From Pyrodictiaceae archaeon (lineage in GTDB: Archaea > Thermoproteota > Thermoprotei_A > Sulfolobales > WANQ01), in assembly GCA_015521735.1 (NCBI GenBank), contig WANQ01000023.1, forward strand, positions 63,169 through 127,168: a stretch of DNA of 64,000 bases, given 5' to 3'. A program made the translations under genes and the position numbers. The notes beneath the pieces are model-generated. The model saw only the letters and a program-made list of their open reading frames with translations, did not search any database and was not told the origin of the DNA. Below are positions 46,692 through 55,967 of this stretch, piece after piece (positions within the stretch are counted from its first letter, which is position 1; the number at the start of each line of letters is the position of its first letter).

Positions 46692-47939
46692 TTATATCAA
46701 TATATTGTTTGTTTTTCTATGGTTTCCTGGCCCTATATGGCCTATCTGTGTTTGCACTATAACTGTTCTTAGTCCTTGGTCTTCTAGTATCTTCTTTACC
46801 TTTAACATTTCCTTAACTGTTGGTCTTGGTGTATCTCTACGTCTAAATGCTGGGAAATAGTCTAGTACTGTTACCTGTATTTTCGGGTTTATTGATGCTA
46901 TTTTTCTTCCTGCTTCTGCTATTTCATCTAGTGTTACTAGTTTTGGATTATATACTAGGCCTACTCCCAGATATACTTGGTCGCTATGGTTCTCGTTTAT
47001 GTATTCTACTGCTTTCCAGGCTGTTTGCAGGTATTGTATTGCTTTTTCTCTATCCTCTATTCCAGTTATCTTCATGTATGTTTCCGGGTTTACGCATTTT
47101 GGCTCTACTCCTATATTGTTGCATCCTGCTTCTACTAGTTCATCTATGTAGTCTGGTGTTAGTATTGTGCCATTGCTGTCTAAGTGCTTCCTTACTTTTG
47201 GCTTTAATCTTCTCGTTAATTCTTTGAAGAATTCTATTAGCCATCTTCTATTAATTGTTGGTTCTCCTCCACTAATTGCTACGCCCTTTGTCGAGTATAT
47301 CTTATGGCATACTACTAGTTTTTCTGCTGCTTCACGTGGTGTAAGTGGCTTTGAAGTGTTATCGTATGTTACCATGTAGTTTTGGCATTGCGGGCATCTT
47401 AGGTTGCATCCAGCTACCCATATAGCTGCTTCAACATAGCTGGAATAATCTACCTCCCACCATGGTGTAGCTTTTCCTCCAACAATGTGGGGTTGTGGTC
47501 CATGAACTATTCTCAGTGGTTCTAGTTTCTCTACATTTGTTGATATCTGCATACCATTTCTTACTGGAGTTATGCATGTTCTTTCAGGTAAACCATTTAT
47601 TATCAGCATGCATGACCAGCATCCACCTGTTCTACATGGTAGGCTTGGTTTCTTAGACCATGGTTTACCGTACTTGAAGCCTATTTTGGTGAGTGCTTCG
47701 GCTACGCTTATTCCTTCTGGGACAATGTATTCTACTCCATCTACGTATATCTTAACTGGTTTAGCGGTGACCTCTTCTTCTCTTATTGTTCTAGCTGAGT
47801 GGGGGCATGCATAGTAACATGATAGGCATCCTATACAGTTATTAGGTGATTTACATGTGTTCACTTGGGTGCAGAATCCACATTTACGACACTTTAATGG
47901 ATTTATTCTAACAATGTATTTACGTATTGTGTACTCCAA
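46692..47939 (-). CDS. radical SAM enzyme with N-terminal ferredoxin-type Cys clusters (activase-like)
   Basis: N-terminal CRKCGFCTQVNTC and CIGCLSCYYACP are followed by CRTGGCWSC (CX4CX2C). The radical SAM core is VAGCNLRCPQCQN. Confidence 0.75.
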   Translation of the reverse strand: MEYTIRKYIVRINPLKCRKCGFCTQVNTCKSPNNCIGCLSCYYACPHSARTIREEEVTAKPVKIYVDGVEYIVPEGISVAEALTKIGFKYGKPWSKKPSLPCRTGGCWSCMLIINGLPERTCITPVRNGMQISTNVEKLEPLRIVHGPQPHIVGGKATPWWEVDYSSYVEAAIWVAGCNLRCPQCQNYMVTYDNTSKPLTPREAAEKLVVCHKIYSTKGVAISGGEPTINRRWLIEFFKELTRRLKPKVRKHLDSNGTILTPDYIDELVEAGCNNIGVEPKCVNPETYMKITGIEDREKAIQYLQTAWKAVEYINENHSDQVYLGVGLVYNPKLVTLDEIAEAGRKIASINPKIQVTVLDYFPAFRRRDTPRPTVKEMLKVKKILEDQGLRTVIVQTQIGHIGPGNHRKTNNILI

Positions 47940-48051
47940 TTACCTATTCCTCCCGTGTGCGTGTTATTCTTCTACCTTTTCTTCAAGGCTTTGTAGAGTA
48001 ATGCTATGTTTAATGCTATGCTTAGTACTAATGCTATGATGACTATTTGGT

Positions 48052-48759
48052 TTACCTTTGAACTAGTGTTTTGGCTAGACTGGTGGTTATTGTTGTGGTT
48101 TGTGTTACTGTTATGGTCTCCTTCTGTGTTATTAGTGTTTGTTGGGTTTTAGTTTTTGTTACGGTAATTGTTGTGTAGGTGGTTTTGGTTACTGTTTTCT
48201 CTACGGTCTTTGTGGTTACGTGTACGTGTGTTATGGTTACTGTCTTAGTGGTAGCTGATTGCTTCTGGCTTGTCGTAGTGTTTTCCTCTATATAGAGTTT
48301 CCATGTAGCTGGATAGAACTCGTTTGGATAATCCGTTATTTCAGCATAGCCTTTGACTACTAGGTATAAGTTTACATTGAGTAGGGTGGTATTGTTTACT
48401 GGAAGGTATACTACTGCTACAATCCTACCATAACGATCATATACGTATAAGTCGTCTATGTCTAAGTAAACGTATTTGCCTTGAACTAGACTGTACAGGA
48501 AGTCCTTGGCAGCCTTATCCTCCGTAGTGTATATTTCTGGAGCGTTTATGTCGGCAAACCTTACCCTTACTTCTCTACCACTAAGCATAGAGTATTTTTC
48601 ATCAAATACACGTACTATAACTACGTCAACAGTGTCGCCATCAATAACTCTTGTAACAATGCATAGAGCATCAACATCTACTATATATTGAGCCGTGATT
48701 ATGTGTGTTGTAACTAGTAGGATTATAAGTAATGCTATAGGTAGCTTAGCTAGAGACAC
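48052..48759 (-). CDS. secreted thermonuclease (SNase-like) with C-terminal Thr-rich repeat tail
   Basis: The signal or anchor is MSLAKLPIALLIILLVTTHIITA. The SNase motifs are VTRVIDGDTVDV...VRVRFADINAPE. The last ~75 aa are T/K/V/Q repeats (TKTVTITHVHVTTKTVEKTVTKTTYTTITVTKTKTQ...). Confidence 0.8.
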   Translation of the reverse strand: MSLAKLPIALLIILLVTTHIITAQYIVDVDALCIVTRVIDGDTVDVVIVRVFDEKYSMLSGREVRVRFADINAPEIYTTEDKAAKDFLYSLVQGKYVYLDIDDLYVYDRYGRIVAVVYLPVNNTTLLNVNLYLVVKGYAEITDYPNEFYPATWKLYIEENTTTSQKQSATTKTVTITHVHVTTKTVEKTVTKTTYTTITVTKTKTQQTLITQKETITVTQTTTITTSLAKTLVQR

Positions 48760-48933
48760 AGCTTACCCCAGTAGCGTTACTGTTGCTTTAAATAGAGTAT
48801 ATTACTCTAACTCTGAAACCAAGCATAAGCTTAAACATGTTTGTTTCTAATACAATATGGTCTATTCAGTGTTTACGAGATCACGTAGAAGTATTTATCA
48901 CCTTGGTTACGGGTTTAACTATGTATATTATTT

Positions 48934-49800
48934 CTACTTTTTCACTTCGTGTACGTTTGTGTATACTACGTCTATTCCTAGTTCTCTTGCTCTTTCTAAT
49001 GCTTCTTTGAATATGTCTATTGCTATGATTAGCTTCCTCGTAGGCTTTTTGCCTAAAACCTTCTCCATGATTTCACAGCGTGTTTGGAACCATTCAACAT
49101 CATCTGGTTCTACTAGTGATTTCACTTCTATAAACCATACGTCTTGGTTGTGAATGTAGATGTCTAGTTCTATTCTAGCGCCTCTACGAAGCCAGCGTCC
49201 ATCTACATCCTTAATACTTATCTTCTCTACTTTTTCTGCTTGGATTCCCTTCTGCTTCAATACGTCACGGTATACTTCTAGTATAAGCCTCTCAATACCT
49301 CTACCTGCTCTAGACGTGAATCCTCCTACTTGGGCACGAAGTGTTAGTACCTCTTTATGAATTTGCTTAAACTTCTCATCGTGGTCCAATAGCTTTTTCT
49401 CTATTGCTTCGAACCTCTTATCATGTTCTAATAATTTTCTCTCAATAGCTTCAAATCTTTTATCATGTTCTAAGAGCTTTTTCTCTATTGCCTCAAGCCT
49501 CTTATCATGCTCCAGTAACTTCTTTTCTATTGCTTCGAATCTCTTGTTTATTTCCTCAAAGCGTTTATCGTGTTCCAGCAACTTTTTCTCTATTGCTTTA
49601 AATCTTTTATCGTGTTCTAGGCTTTTCATCCATAGTTTTCTTAACTCCTCTTCTATTCGGTCAAGTCTTTTGAGAACTTCTAATATACCTAGCTTACCAG
49701 CAACAGCGTAACGAAACTCTTCATCCTCTTCTAAAGCCCTAAGAAAACGCTTCTTCTCATCAACACTCAACGAAGTCATTCTCTCATCCTCTAACCTCAT
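48934..49800 (-). CDS. coiled-coil repeat protein with C-terminal PD-(D/E)XK-like nuclease-fold domain
   Basis: The middle holds tandem 14-aa units HDKRFEAIEKKLLE, about 5.5 copies. The C-terminus RIELDIYIHNQDVWFIEVKS fits a D...(D/E)xK motif. Confidence 0.6.
   Translation of the reverse strand: MRLEDERMTSLSVDEKKRFLRALEEDEEFRYAVAGKLGILEVLKRLDRIEEELRKLWMKSLEHDKRFKAIEKKLLEHDKRFEEINKRFEAIEKKLLEHDKRLEAIEKKLLEHDKRFEAIERKLLEHDKRFEAIEKKLLDHDEKFKQIHKEVLTLRAQVGGFTSRAGRGIERLILEVYRDVLKQKGIQAEKVEKISIKDVDGRWLRRGARIELDIYIHNQDVWFIEVKSLVEPDDVEWFQTRCEIMEKVLGKKPTRKLIIAIDIFKEALERARELGIDVVYTNVHEVKK
49373..49625. repeat. in-frame tandem repeat, 42-nt unit (about 5.5 copies, one carrying a 21-nt internal duplication)
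   Basis: The + strand repeats units of the form ...CTTATCATGTTCTAA(T/G)A(A/G)(T/C)TTTTCTC(T/A)ATTGC(T/C)TC(G/A)AA(C/T)CT..., which encode the HDKRFEAIEKKLLE units on the minus strand. Confidence 0.7.
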
Positions 49801-49902
49801 ACTCTAAAAGTTCGACGTATAAATGTGTCGTTATTTTAAAGTATGGTAGTGTTTACTTTAACCTTAATACATGGTTGTGGTTCTTGGCTAGAGGGGTTAT
49901 TT

Positions 49903-50487
49903 CTAGTAGTCTCCTTTATAGTATTTGGTTGCAGGGCATCCAAGGCATACTTTATCTATAACGTACATTTTGCATACACTGCAATCTTTACCGCATGGTG
50001 GTTTATCCTTGTTCTTTGGGAATGGTAGTTTTATTGGAAGGTATTGGGGTTTTACTAGATCTGCTAGTATGTATATTTCGCTTCTACGAATTCCTTTCAA
50101 TATCCTTATAGCACATGTAGTACTTATGCATTTCAGTACATTGTCGTCTTCAGCTATCATTAATGCTACTACGTTGAATCCTCCAACCATTGATGATAAG
50201 AGTATTATTCTTGGACACTCTTTAAATCTTGATAAGATTTCTCTTAATGCTTCCTCGTCAACTTCAAGTAGTACTAGTACTAGGTGTAAGCCTATTCTAC
50301 GTGGATTAACATTTGCTTGAACCTTAATAACATCCTCCTTTTGTAGTCTACGAATATGCTTTATAACTGCTACATGGCTTAAACCTAGTGATCTAGCTAT
50401 TTCAACTAGGCTCTTACGTCCATCTTCAACTAGTATTCTTAGTATCTCTCTACGCGTATCATTTTCTAAAACCTTGTTTTTCACCAT
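49903..50487 (-). CDS. Lrp/AsnC-family transcriptional regulator with C-terminal Cys-rich extension
   Basis: The HTH is RREILRILVEDGRKSLVEIARSLGLSHVAVIKHIRRLQKEDVI, followed by a RAM-like domain. The C-terminus reads PPCGKDCSVCKMYVIDKVCLGCP. Confidence 0.7.
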   Translation of the reverse strand: MVKNKVLENDTRREILRILVEDGRKSLVEIARSLGLSHVAVIKHIRRLQKEDVIKVQANVNPRRIGLHLVLVLLEVDEEALREILSRFKECPRIILLSSMVGGFNVVALMIAEDDNVLKCISTTCAIRILKGIRRSEIYILADLVKPQYLPIKLPFPKNKDKPPCGKDCSVCKMYVIDKVCLGCPATKYYKGDY

Positions 50488-51512
50488 ACATCTCCTAGTA
50501 CATGATATGTTATTCCCGCAGCTATAGCTCCGAGTACAGCTAGTATAGCATACATTAATACTATTCTCCAGCCAACAATTCTTGATACACCCATCATTGA
50601 GGGTATACTTGTCATGGGTCCTCCGATTAGAAATGCTAGAGCAGCTGAAGGGCTCATACCTAGGTGTTTTAGTGCATCAACAAGTATTACTTCTACAAGT
50701 GTAGGTGTGTACATGGGTACTCCTATTATAGCTCCCAATAGAATACCTGTAACGCCACGTAAGTATGTTGACACCATTTGTGGTGGCAGGTATGCTTGTA
50801 TGTAGCTAACTATTCCTACACCTAGTATTACGTAGGGTAGTATGGTCTTAGCTAGGAATCCGCTTAGCTTGAAACTAGACCATATTCTCTCATAGATAGG
50901 TGGTTTCTCTTCCTCTACTCTTGTAGTCACCATTCTTCTCTTCCTATATGCTTCCTCTATCCTCCTAGCTATACTGGTTCTCGATATTATGTAGCCTATT
51001 GCTATGGCTATTACTATAGCTGACACTAGTCTCGCTAACGCTATCTTCCAAGAAATTATGTCTGCTGTAAGCACTATAGCCATTATATTAGCTGCTGGAG
51101 CAGTCAATAGGAATGCTAGTGCAGGCCCTATACCAGCTCCACCATAAATTAAGCCTGCAAATATAGGAACCATAACGCATGAGCAAACCGTTAGCAGTGG
51201 TGAGAGTAGTGCAGCCAATACATAAGAGCTCTTACGGGCACTACTAAGGTATTTCAAGAGTACTTGTTTTGGTACAAGTTCTCCTATAAAACCAGCTATA
51301 AGGAATGCAAAGAGAAGTGCAGACCAAGCCCTAGCTAAATAATAGAATATGTATAGGAATGGCAGAAATAGTGGACCATAACTCTTCATCACCTCTATAC
51401 TCATAGGCTTAACTAGGGTAAAACCCGTTAGCTTAGCATATACAAAGTAGCCTAAGCTAAAAACAAGTAGAGAAAGAGGTATAAACATCTTTAAAAAAGC
51501 TCTAGGATTCAT
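50481..51512 (-). CDS. polytopic permease (UPF0718/DUF318-like)
   Basis: It has about 8-10 TM helices, including the CSC-containing helix LLTVCSCVMVPIFAGL typical of this family. It overlaps both flanking genes, which suggests an operon. Confidence 0.6.
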   Translation of the reverse strand: MNPRAFLKMFIPLSLLVFSLGYFVYAKLTGFTLVKPMSIEVMKSYGPLFLPFLYIFYYLARAWSALLFAFLIAGFIGELVPKQVLLKYLSSARKSSYVLAALLSPLLTVCSCVMVPIFAGLIYGGAGIGPALAFLLTAPAANIMAIVLTADIISWKIALARLVSAIVIAIAIGYIISRTSIARRIEEAYRKRRMVTTRVEEEKPPIYERIWSSFKLSGFLAKTILPYVILGVGIVSYIQAYLPPQMVSTYLRGVTGILLGAIIGVPMYTPTLVEVILVDALKHLGMSPSAALAFLIGGPMTSIPSMMGVSRIVGWRIVLMYAILAVLGAIAAGITYHVLGDVW

Positions 51513-51787
51513 TTCCCTAAAGCCTCCCTTAGGATACGTAAAACTTCCTCCTTTGAAGGCACTCTTCCCAGAACTTTTACAACACCATTAACTGCTAGAG
51601 AAGGAGACATGAGCATACCATACTTCGCTATAACATCTGGAGAAGATACATCAAGCTTCACTACGCTAACTCTGTCTTTTACCCCAAGTTCCTCTACAGC
51701 CTCATTCACTATCTCTAAAGTCTTCTTACACTTAGGACATGGAGGTTCTACACCAATAACCTCTACAACAACCTTGTCTTCCGCCAT
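51509..51787 (-). CDS. thioredoxin-fold small protein (redox-active disulfide protein 2-like)
   Basis: 92 aa with the CPKC redox motif near the N-terminus, plus SPSLAVNGVVKVLGRVPSKEEV. Confidence 0.7.
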   Translation of the reverse strand: MAEDKVVVEVIGVEPPCPKCKKTLEIVNEAVEELGVKDRVSVVKLDVSSPDVIAKYGMLMSPSLAVNGVVKVLGRVPSKEEVLRILREALGK

Positions 51788-51935
51788 GAAATCACCTTGA
51801 ACCTATAAGAACTGTAACCAGGTCTTAAACATATAGGTTACAAATTGTAACAGTTGCATTAAGTCCTTGCATCACATAGATATGACGTAGAATCAATTCA
51901 GTTGTCTTGACCTATGTTTTCGGAAGAACTATGTG

Positions 51936-52682
51936 TTACTTGAAGAATTTGTTGAGAGGCTTTTCTAGTGATAATAGGATTGGAATTGCTACTAGGAATA
52001 GTATTAGGCTTGTTAGGTATGGTAGTGTTGGGTGTAGTGATGCTAGTAGCCCAGCTATGAATGGTGTTACGAGGCCTACGAGTCTCTCAAAACTTGAGAT
52101 TCCTGCTAAGATACTGCTTGCCTTATCGCTTGGCACCTTACTAAAGAGCCATGACCTATAGAAGGGTAGTGCTAGGGTGTTGCCGAACTCGGCCATGATG
52201 TTGGCTACTAGTATAGCGTAGAAGTTGGGTATTAGAAACATTATCAAAGCCCACAGCGTCCTCAATACAAAGTATAGGGATATAACCTTGAACCTGTGCC
52301 TAGGACGTATACGCTCAGATAGATAAGTTGCTGGTAGCGATGCAAGAATCGATAGAGCTACTACGAGCATCACTTGAAAGAAAGACATCTTGAGTGTAAT
52401 CATCATGTAGTTTATTAAGACTATCTCAGGTGCTAGGCATAACGCAAGAATCTCCAAGGCTTCTATAGCGAGTATAGCCTTGAACTCCCTATCAAATCTA
52501 AAGGCGAATACATCGCCTACCCTCTCCCTAACATCAAGCCTAGGCAAGCATTTGGTCAAGTACATTACCGTGAATACCGATGAGAAGCCTATGGCTATGA
52601 AGCCTAAATGGTACCATCTCCTCAACTGGAGTGACCCGGAAATACAGGAGAAGCTATGGAAACACCTCCCAGAAGAAGTCAA
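51936..52682 (-). pseudogene. C-terminal six-TM half of an MFS-type transporter (probable remnant; true start uncertain)
   Basis: Six hydrophobic helices run from about aa 75 to the end. The first ~70 aa of the track ORF have poor composition. The upstream minus strand carries only a hydrophobic reading frame broken by stops. Confidence 0.35.
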
Positions 52683-53242
52683 GAAAGAACTAGTAGAACT
52701 AGGACTAGCACCAAAAGAACTACTTAACCAATAAGCAATCCTCTTTCTAAGCCAAGGCTGTCTACAAGGACTTTAACTCCCTCAGCTGTATACATGTTGC
52801 TCTTATCGGATGGTTTATGCGGTCACTTCATCTTTTACTTTTTTTACTTTACTATAATATTATAATATTTATTTATCGTAATAAGCAGTTATATCGGCTA
52901 GATATTTCCTTGATACACCTAAAATCCATGGAAGAGTTGATAAGAAGATCATTAAGGACGAAGGACAAACAGTACATGGAGCTAGTCATGGAATGGAAGA
53001 AATATATAGACTCGACTCTAAGGAATAAGATCGCTTCTACTCTTCGACATGCATGAAGATCTATGGGTTGAGTAGTATTCGTCTCAATGTATCCATTTAG
53101 TATCTACTTCTTATCCTATTATCCCGTATTCCATGTTTCTTTAATGACCTTTTCTATAAGTTGCTGTAATTAATAATCTTTGGAGTGTCCAGGTTTAGCT
53201 CTTTTAAGCCCGGTATACTATAGTATTCCTGGTGTATTTGTC

Positions 53243-53485
53243 GTGGGCCTGGCTGTTGAGGTTAAGGTCGGTAAGAAGTATGCTATATATCTTCCTAAAG
53301 CTGTTGTTGAGGAGGTTGGTTTAAGTGAGGGTGATAAGGTCTTGATTAGGGTTGAGGATGACAAGATTCTCTTAGAGCCTATTAGGGATCCGATAAAGCT
53401 CGCTCTCTACGGGAAGAAGTTTGCATCTATTAAACCTGAGGAGATTGAGAGGATAAGTCTTGAAGAACAATCAAAGTACTCTTAG
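53243..53485 (+). CDS. vapB: AbrB/SpoVT-type antitoxin (VapB-like)
   Basis: VKVGKKYAIYLPKAVVEEVGLSEGDKVLIRVEDDKILLEPI is a SpoVT/AbrB swapped-hairpin motif. I placed the start at the in-frame GTG 53243. Confidence 0.7.
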   Translation: MGLAVEVKVGKKYAIYLPKAVVEEVGLSEGDKVLIRVEDDKILLEPIRDPIKLALYGKKFASIKPEEIERISLEEQSKYS

Positions 53486-53930
53486 AGTTCTCCTTGACAC
53501 ATCTTTTATATTTCCAACTCTAGGAATAGATGTTGGCAAGGAAGTACTTGTAGGCCTTGAGAAACTCTCTGAGATCAGAGCTGAGATATATTACTCACGG
53601 TTTAGTATACTAGAAGCACTATGGATTGCGACAAGACTAGCTAAGAACAAGGTCTTAGATGTTGAGAGGTTTGAACAAGGACTAAGAAGTATACTTGAAA
53701 GTAATAGATATGTGGAGGTACCAGTAAAAGCTGAAGTGTTTAGTGAAGCACTAAGACTATGGGTTATGGGACACAAGGATATAATAGACAACATCCTCTA
53801 CGCTACTACCATAGTATTTGATCTCAAACTATTAACTCTAGATGCTGAGCTAAGAGAATTCATACATGATAAGGGACTAAGAGACACTCTTATAACACCA
53901 AAAGACTTAAACACAGTCATCAACCACTAG
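53460..53930 (+). CDS. vapC: PIN-domain ribonuclease toxin (VapC-like)
   Basis: N-terminal VLLDTSFIFP supplies the first acidic residue. The length is ~150 aa. It overlaps the upstream antitoxin gene by 26 nt. Confidence 0.75.
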   Translation: MKNNQSTLRVLLDTSFIFPTLGIDVGKEVLVGLEKLSEIRAEIYYSRFSILEALWIATRLAKNKVLDVERFEQGLRSILESNRYVEVPVKAEVFSEALRLWVMGHKDIIDNILYATTIVFDLKLLTLDAELREFIHDKGLRDTLITPKDLNTVINH

Positions 53931-54139
53931 CACATACATTAACGTTTTCATATCGTATGTTTTCCTCAACGTTTTAACATTCTCTATTAGCACTAGCTAT
54001 GGTGTATTTAGAGTATAAATGCTGTAACGTAGTCCTTTAGTGATAGGAATCAGTCAAGGCTGAATTCTTCATCCCTTTTTCTCTCTTTGGTCTGGGTCGC
54101 CTGGGTTCATCACTGTGTTTGGGTGTTTTGTTTGGTGTG

Positions 54140-55936
54140 TTATATGTATTTGTGGTATTGTTTTATTGAGTAGGCGTTTCTTAGTGCTAGTTCTAGTTTT
54201 TCGGGTGTGTCTATTAGGTATGTGTAGTTTAGGTTTACTAGTTTTAGTGCTCCTCCTGGTAGGGGTATTTGTGTTGTTATTATTAGTCTTGTGATTTTCT
54301 TCTTCTTTTCTAGGATGTTCTTTAGCCTCCTGTATACTTTGTGGTAGTTTCCGGTTATTGCTCTTTCTTCTCCGTTGGTGTATGCTTTTGCTTTTGCGTG
54401 GAGGTTTGGGTCTGGTTGCAGGTATTCGTTGTATTCTTCGTAGAGTATTTCTATGTCTGATTGTGTGGCATAGGTTTTTCCTAGGTGTGTGTAGATGTAT
54501 ACTATGTCTCCGTGTCTTAGTAGTTTGCTTAGACTGGTCCTCAACATGTCTAGGGGTAGTCCGGTTGCTTCTTTAATCCATTCTATTGGCATGGGTCTTC
54601 CTTCTATTACTGATAGGATTCTGGATCTAGTTGTTCTTTTCCAGAGTTTTTCTACTACTTCTTTGCTAACTGGTACGTCTACTCCAGCTTTCACTGCTAG
54701 TTCTATTGAGTCTACGAAGCTGTCTACGTCTACTGTGTCCGGCGTTACGAGGTAGACTACTATTTTGGGTGGGCCATGTCTTGTTGTTGCTCTTAGTATT
54801 CTACCGTGTCTTTGAATGAATCTTAGTGGGCTTGCTACGTTGCTCCATATTACTAGTAGGTCTCCTTCGGGTAGGTCTAGTCCTTCCTCGCCTGCACTTG
54901 TTGATACTATGAGTTTTGTGTCATGGTGTCTAGCTTTCTCTAGTACTTTCCTAACGTCATCTTTCATCTTAGCTTTACCGTATATTGCAACTGGGTTGTA
55001 CTCTTTTAGTTGCTTTGCAATGTATTCTGCTACTATTACTCGGTCAACGAATACTATTGCTTTGTGGAAGTAGCCTTCGTGGTCTCTTAGAACTCTTACT
55101 AGTCCATCTAGCTTATGTGCAGGCCTAATGTTATTGTTCATTAACTCTTGTCTTATGGGCGCTATTAGTTCTGCTAGCCTAGTAGGCTTGTTAATGCTTT
55201 CACGTAGTGCTAGTGCTCCATCCCTTACGAACCATCTAATAGCTGTTTGTACTAGTCCTCTATCTCTACCATAGAGCTTGTTCCTGATTTCCTCTAACTC
55301 TTCTAGTAGCTTTTTCTCATAGTTGTTAAGTTCTGTTTCGTAGACTTCACCTATCCATGCTGGTACGTAGGGTTTTATTCTCGGGTCACTCCAGCTCCAA
55401 TACCTTATCTCGCCAATGTATTCCTCTATTTCCTTAACTCTTGTGGGTGGAATGTATGCTGTTAACCCTAGTCTTTTCTTAAATAATCCACGGGTTCTAC
55501 CCATAAGCTTAGCGTACGCGTCTTTACCAGTTGTATGGTGGCATTCATCTACTATAACTGCGTCGTATTCTGCTTCACTAATGTATTCTAGGTCGCTTAA
55601 TGCTGTTTCAGGTGTTGCTACTGCTACGAGTGCTTTAAACCACATATCTCTTCTCTTCTGCTTAGAGTATACTCCATGGATAGCCTTAGCTTCAACGCCC
55701 ATGGTTTTCTTGAAAAAGTCTGCAACTTGTTCTACGAGTATACGTGTAGGCTCTAGTACTAGTATTCTTTTCACAGCCTTCTTTTCCAATAGTTCCTTCG
55801 CCCATATAACGGCTATTAGAGTCTTACCTGTACCAGTGGGTAAGCTAACTACAGCTCCATCTCTACCTAGAGCCCACTTAGCTGCTTCTAGCTGGTAGTC
55901 TCTTGGCTTAAGCGCTAGCTTATACTTCTTAGCCAA
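54140..55936 (-). CDS. SF2 DExH-box helicase (Hef/FANCM-like core) with C-terminal winged-helix-like and unknown domains
   Basis: Found in order: the Q-motif region PRDYQLEAA, Walker A LPTGTGKT, motif II VDECHH, motif VI FIQRHGRILR, and an inserted helical domain between the RecA lobes. The C-terminal ~170 aa are unassigned. Confidence 0.85.
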   Translation of the reverse strand: MAKKYKLALKPRDYQLEAAKWALGRDGAVVSLPTGTGKTLIAVIWAKELLEKKAVKRILVLEPTRILVEQVADFFKKTMGVEAKAIHGVYSKQKRRDMWFKALVAVATPETALSDLEYISEAEYDAVIVDECHHTTGKDAYAKLMGRTRGLFKKRLGLTAYIPPTRVKEIEEYIGEIRYWSWSDPRIKPYVPAWIGEVYETELNNYEKKLLEELEEIRNKLYGRDRGLVQTAIRWFVRDGALALRESINKPTRLAELIAPIRQELMNNNIRPAHKLDGLVRVLRDHEGYFHKAIVFVDRVIVAEYIAKQLKEYNPVAIYGKAKMKDDVRKVLEKARHHDTKLIVSTSAGEEGLDLPEGDLLVIWSNVASPLRFIQRHGRILRATTRHGPPKIVVYLVTPDTVDVDSFVDSIELAVKAGVDVPVSKEVVEKLWKRTTRSRILSVIEGRPMPIEWIKEATGLPLDMLRTSLSKLLRHGDIVYIYTHLGKTYATQSDIEILYEEYNEYLQPDPNLHAKAKAYTNGEERAITGNYHKVYRRLKNILEKKKKITRLIITTQIPLPGGALKLVNLNYTYLIDTPEKLELALRNAYSIKQYHKYI

Positions 55937-55967
55937 TATTCATCACATGGCATTGTAGGTGTTATGC

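Noticed and set aside
46847-47379. Leu/Phe-rich + strand ORFs (126 aa and 70 aa) that look like membrane peptides
   Set aside because: They are antisense to the radical-SAM gene. The T-rich + strand simply mirrors the purine-rich coding strand, and there is no independent support for them.
54060-54900. Striking G/T-rich, A-poor composition on the + strand (also at 48052-48280), considered as a possible repeat or regulatory tract
   Set aside because: Minus-strand coding explains it: the helicase C-terminus and the Thr/Lys-rich nuclease tail have A/C-rich codons. No periodic non-coding repeat is present.
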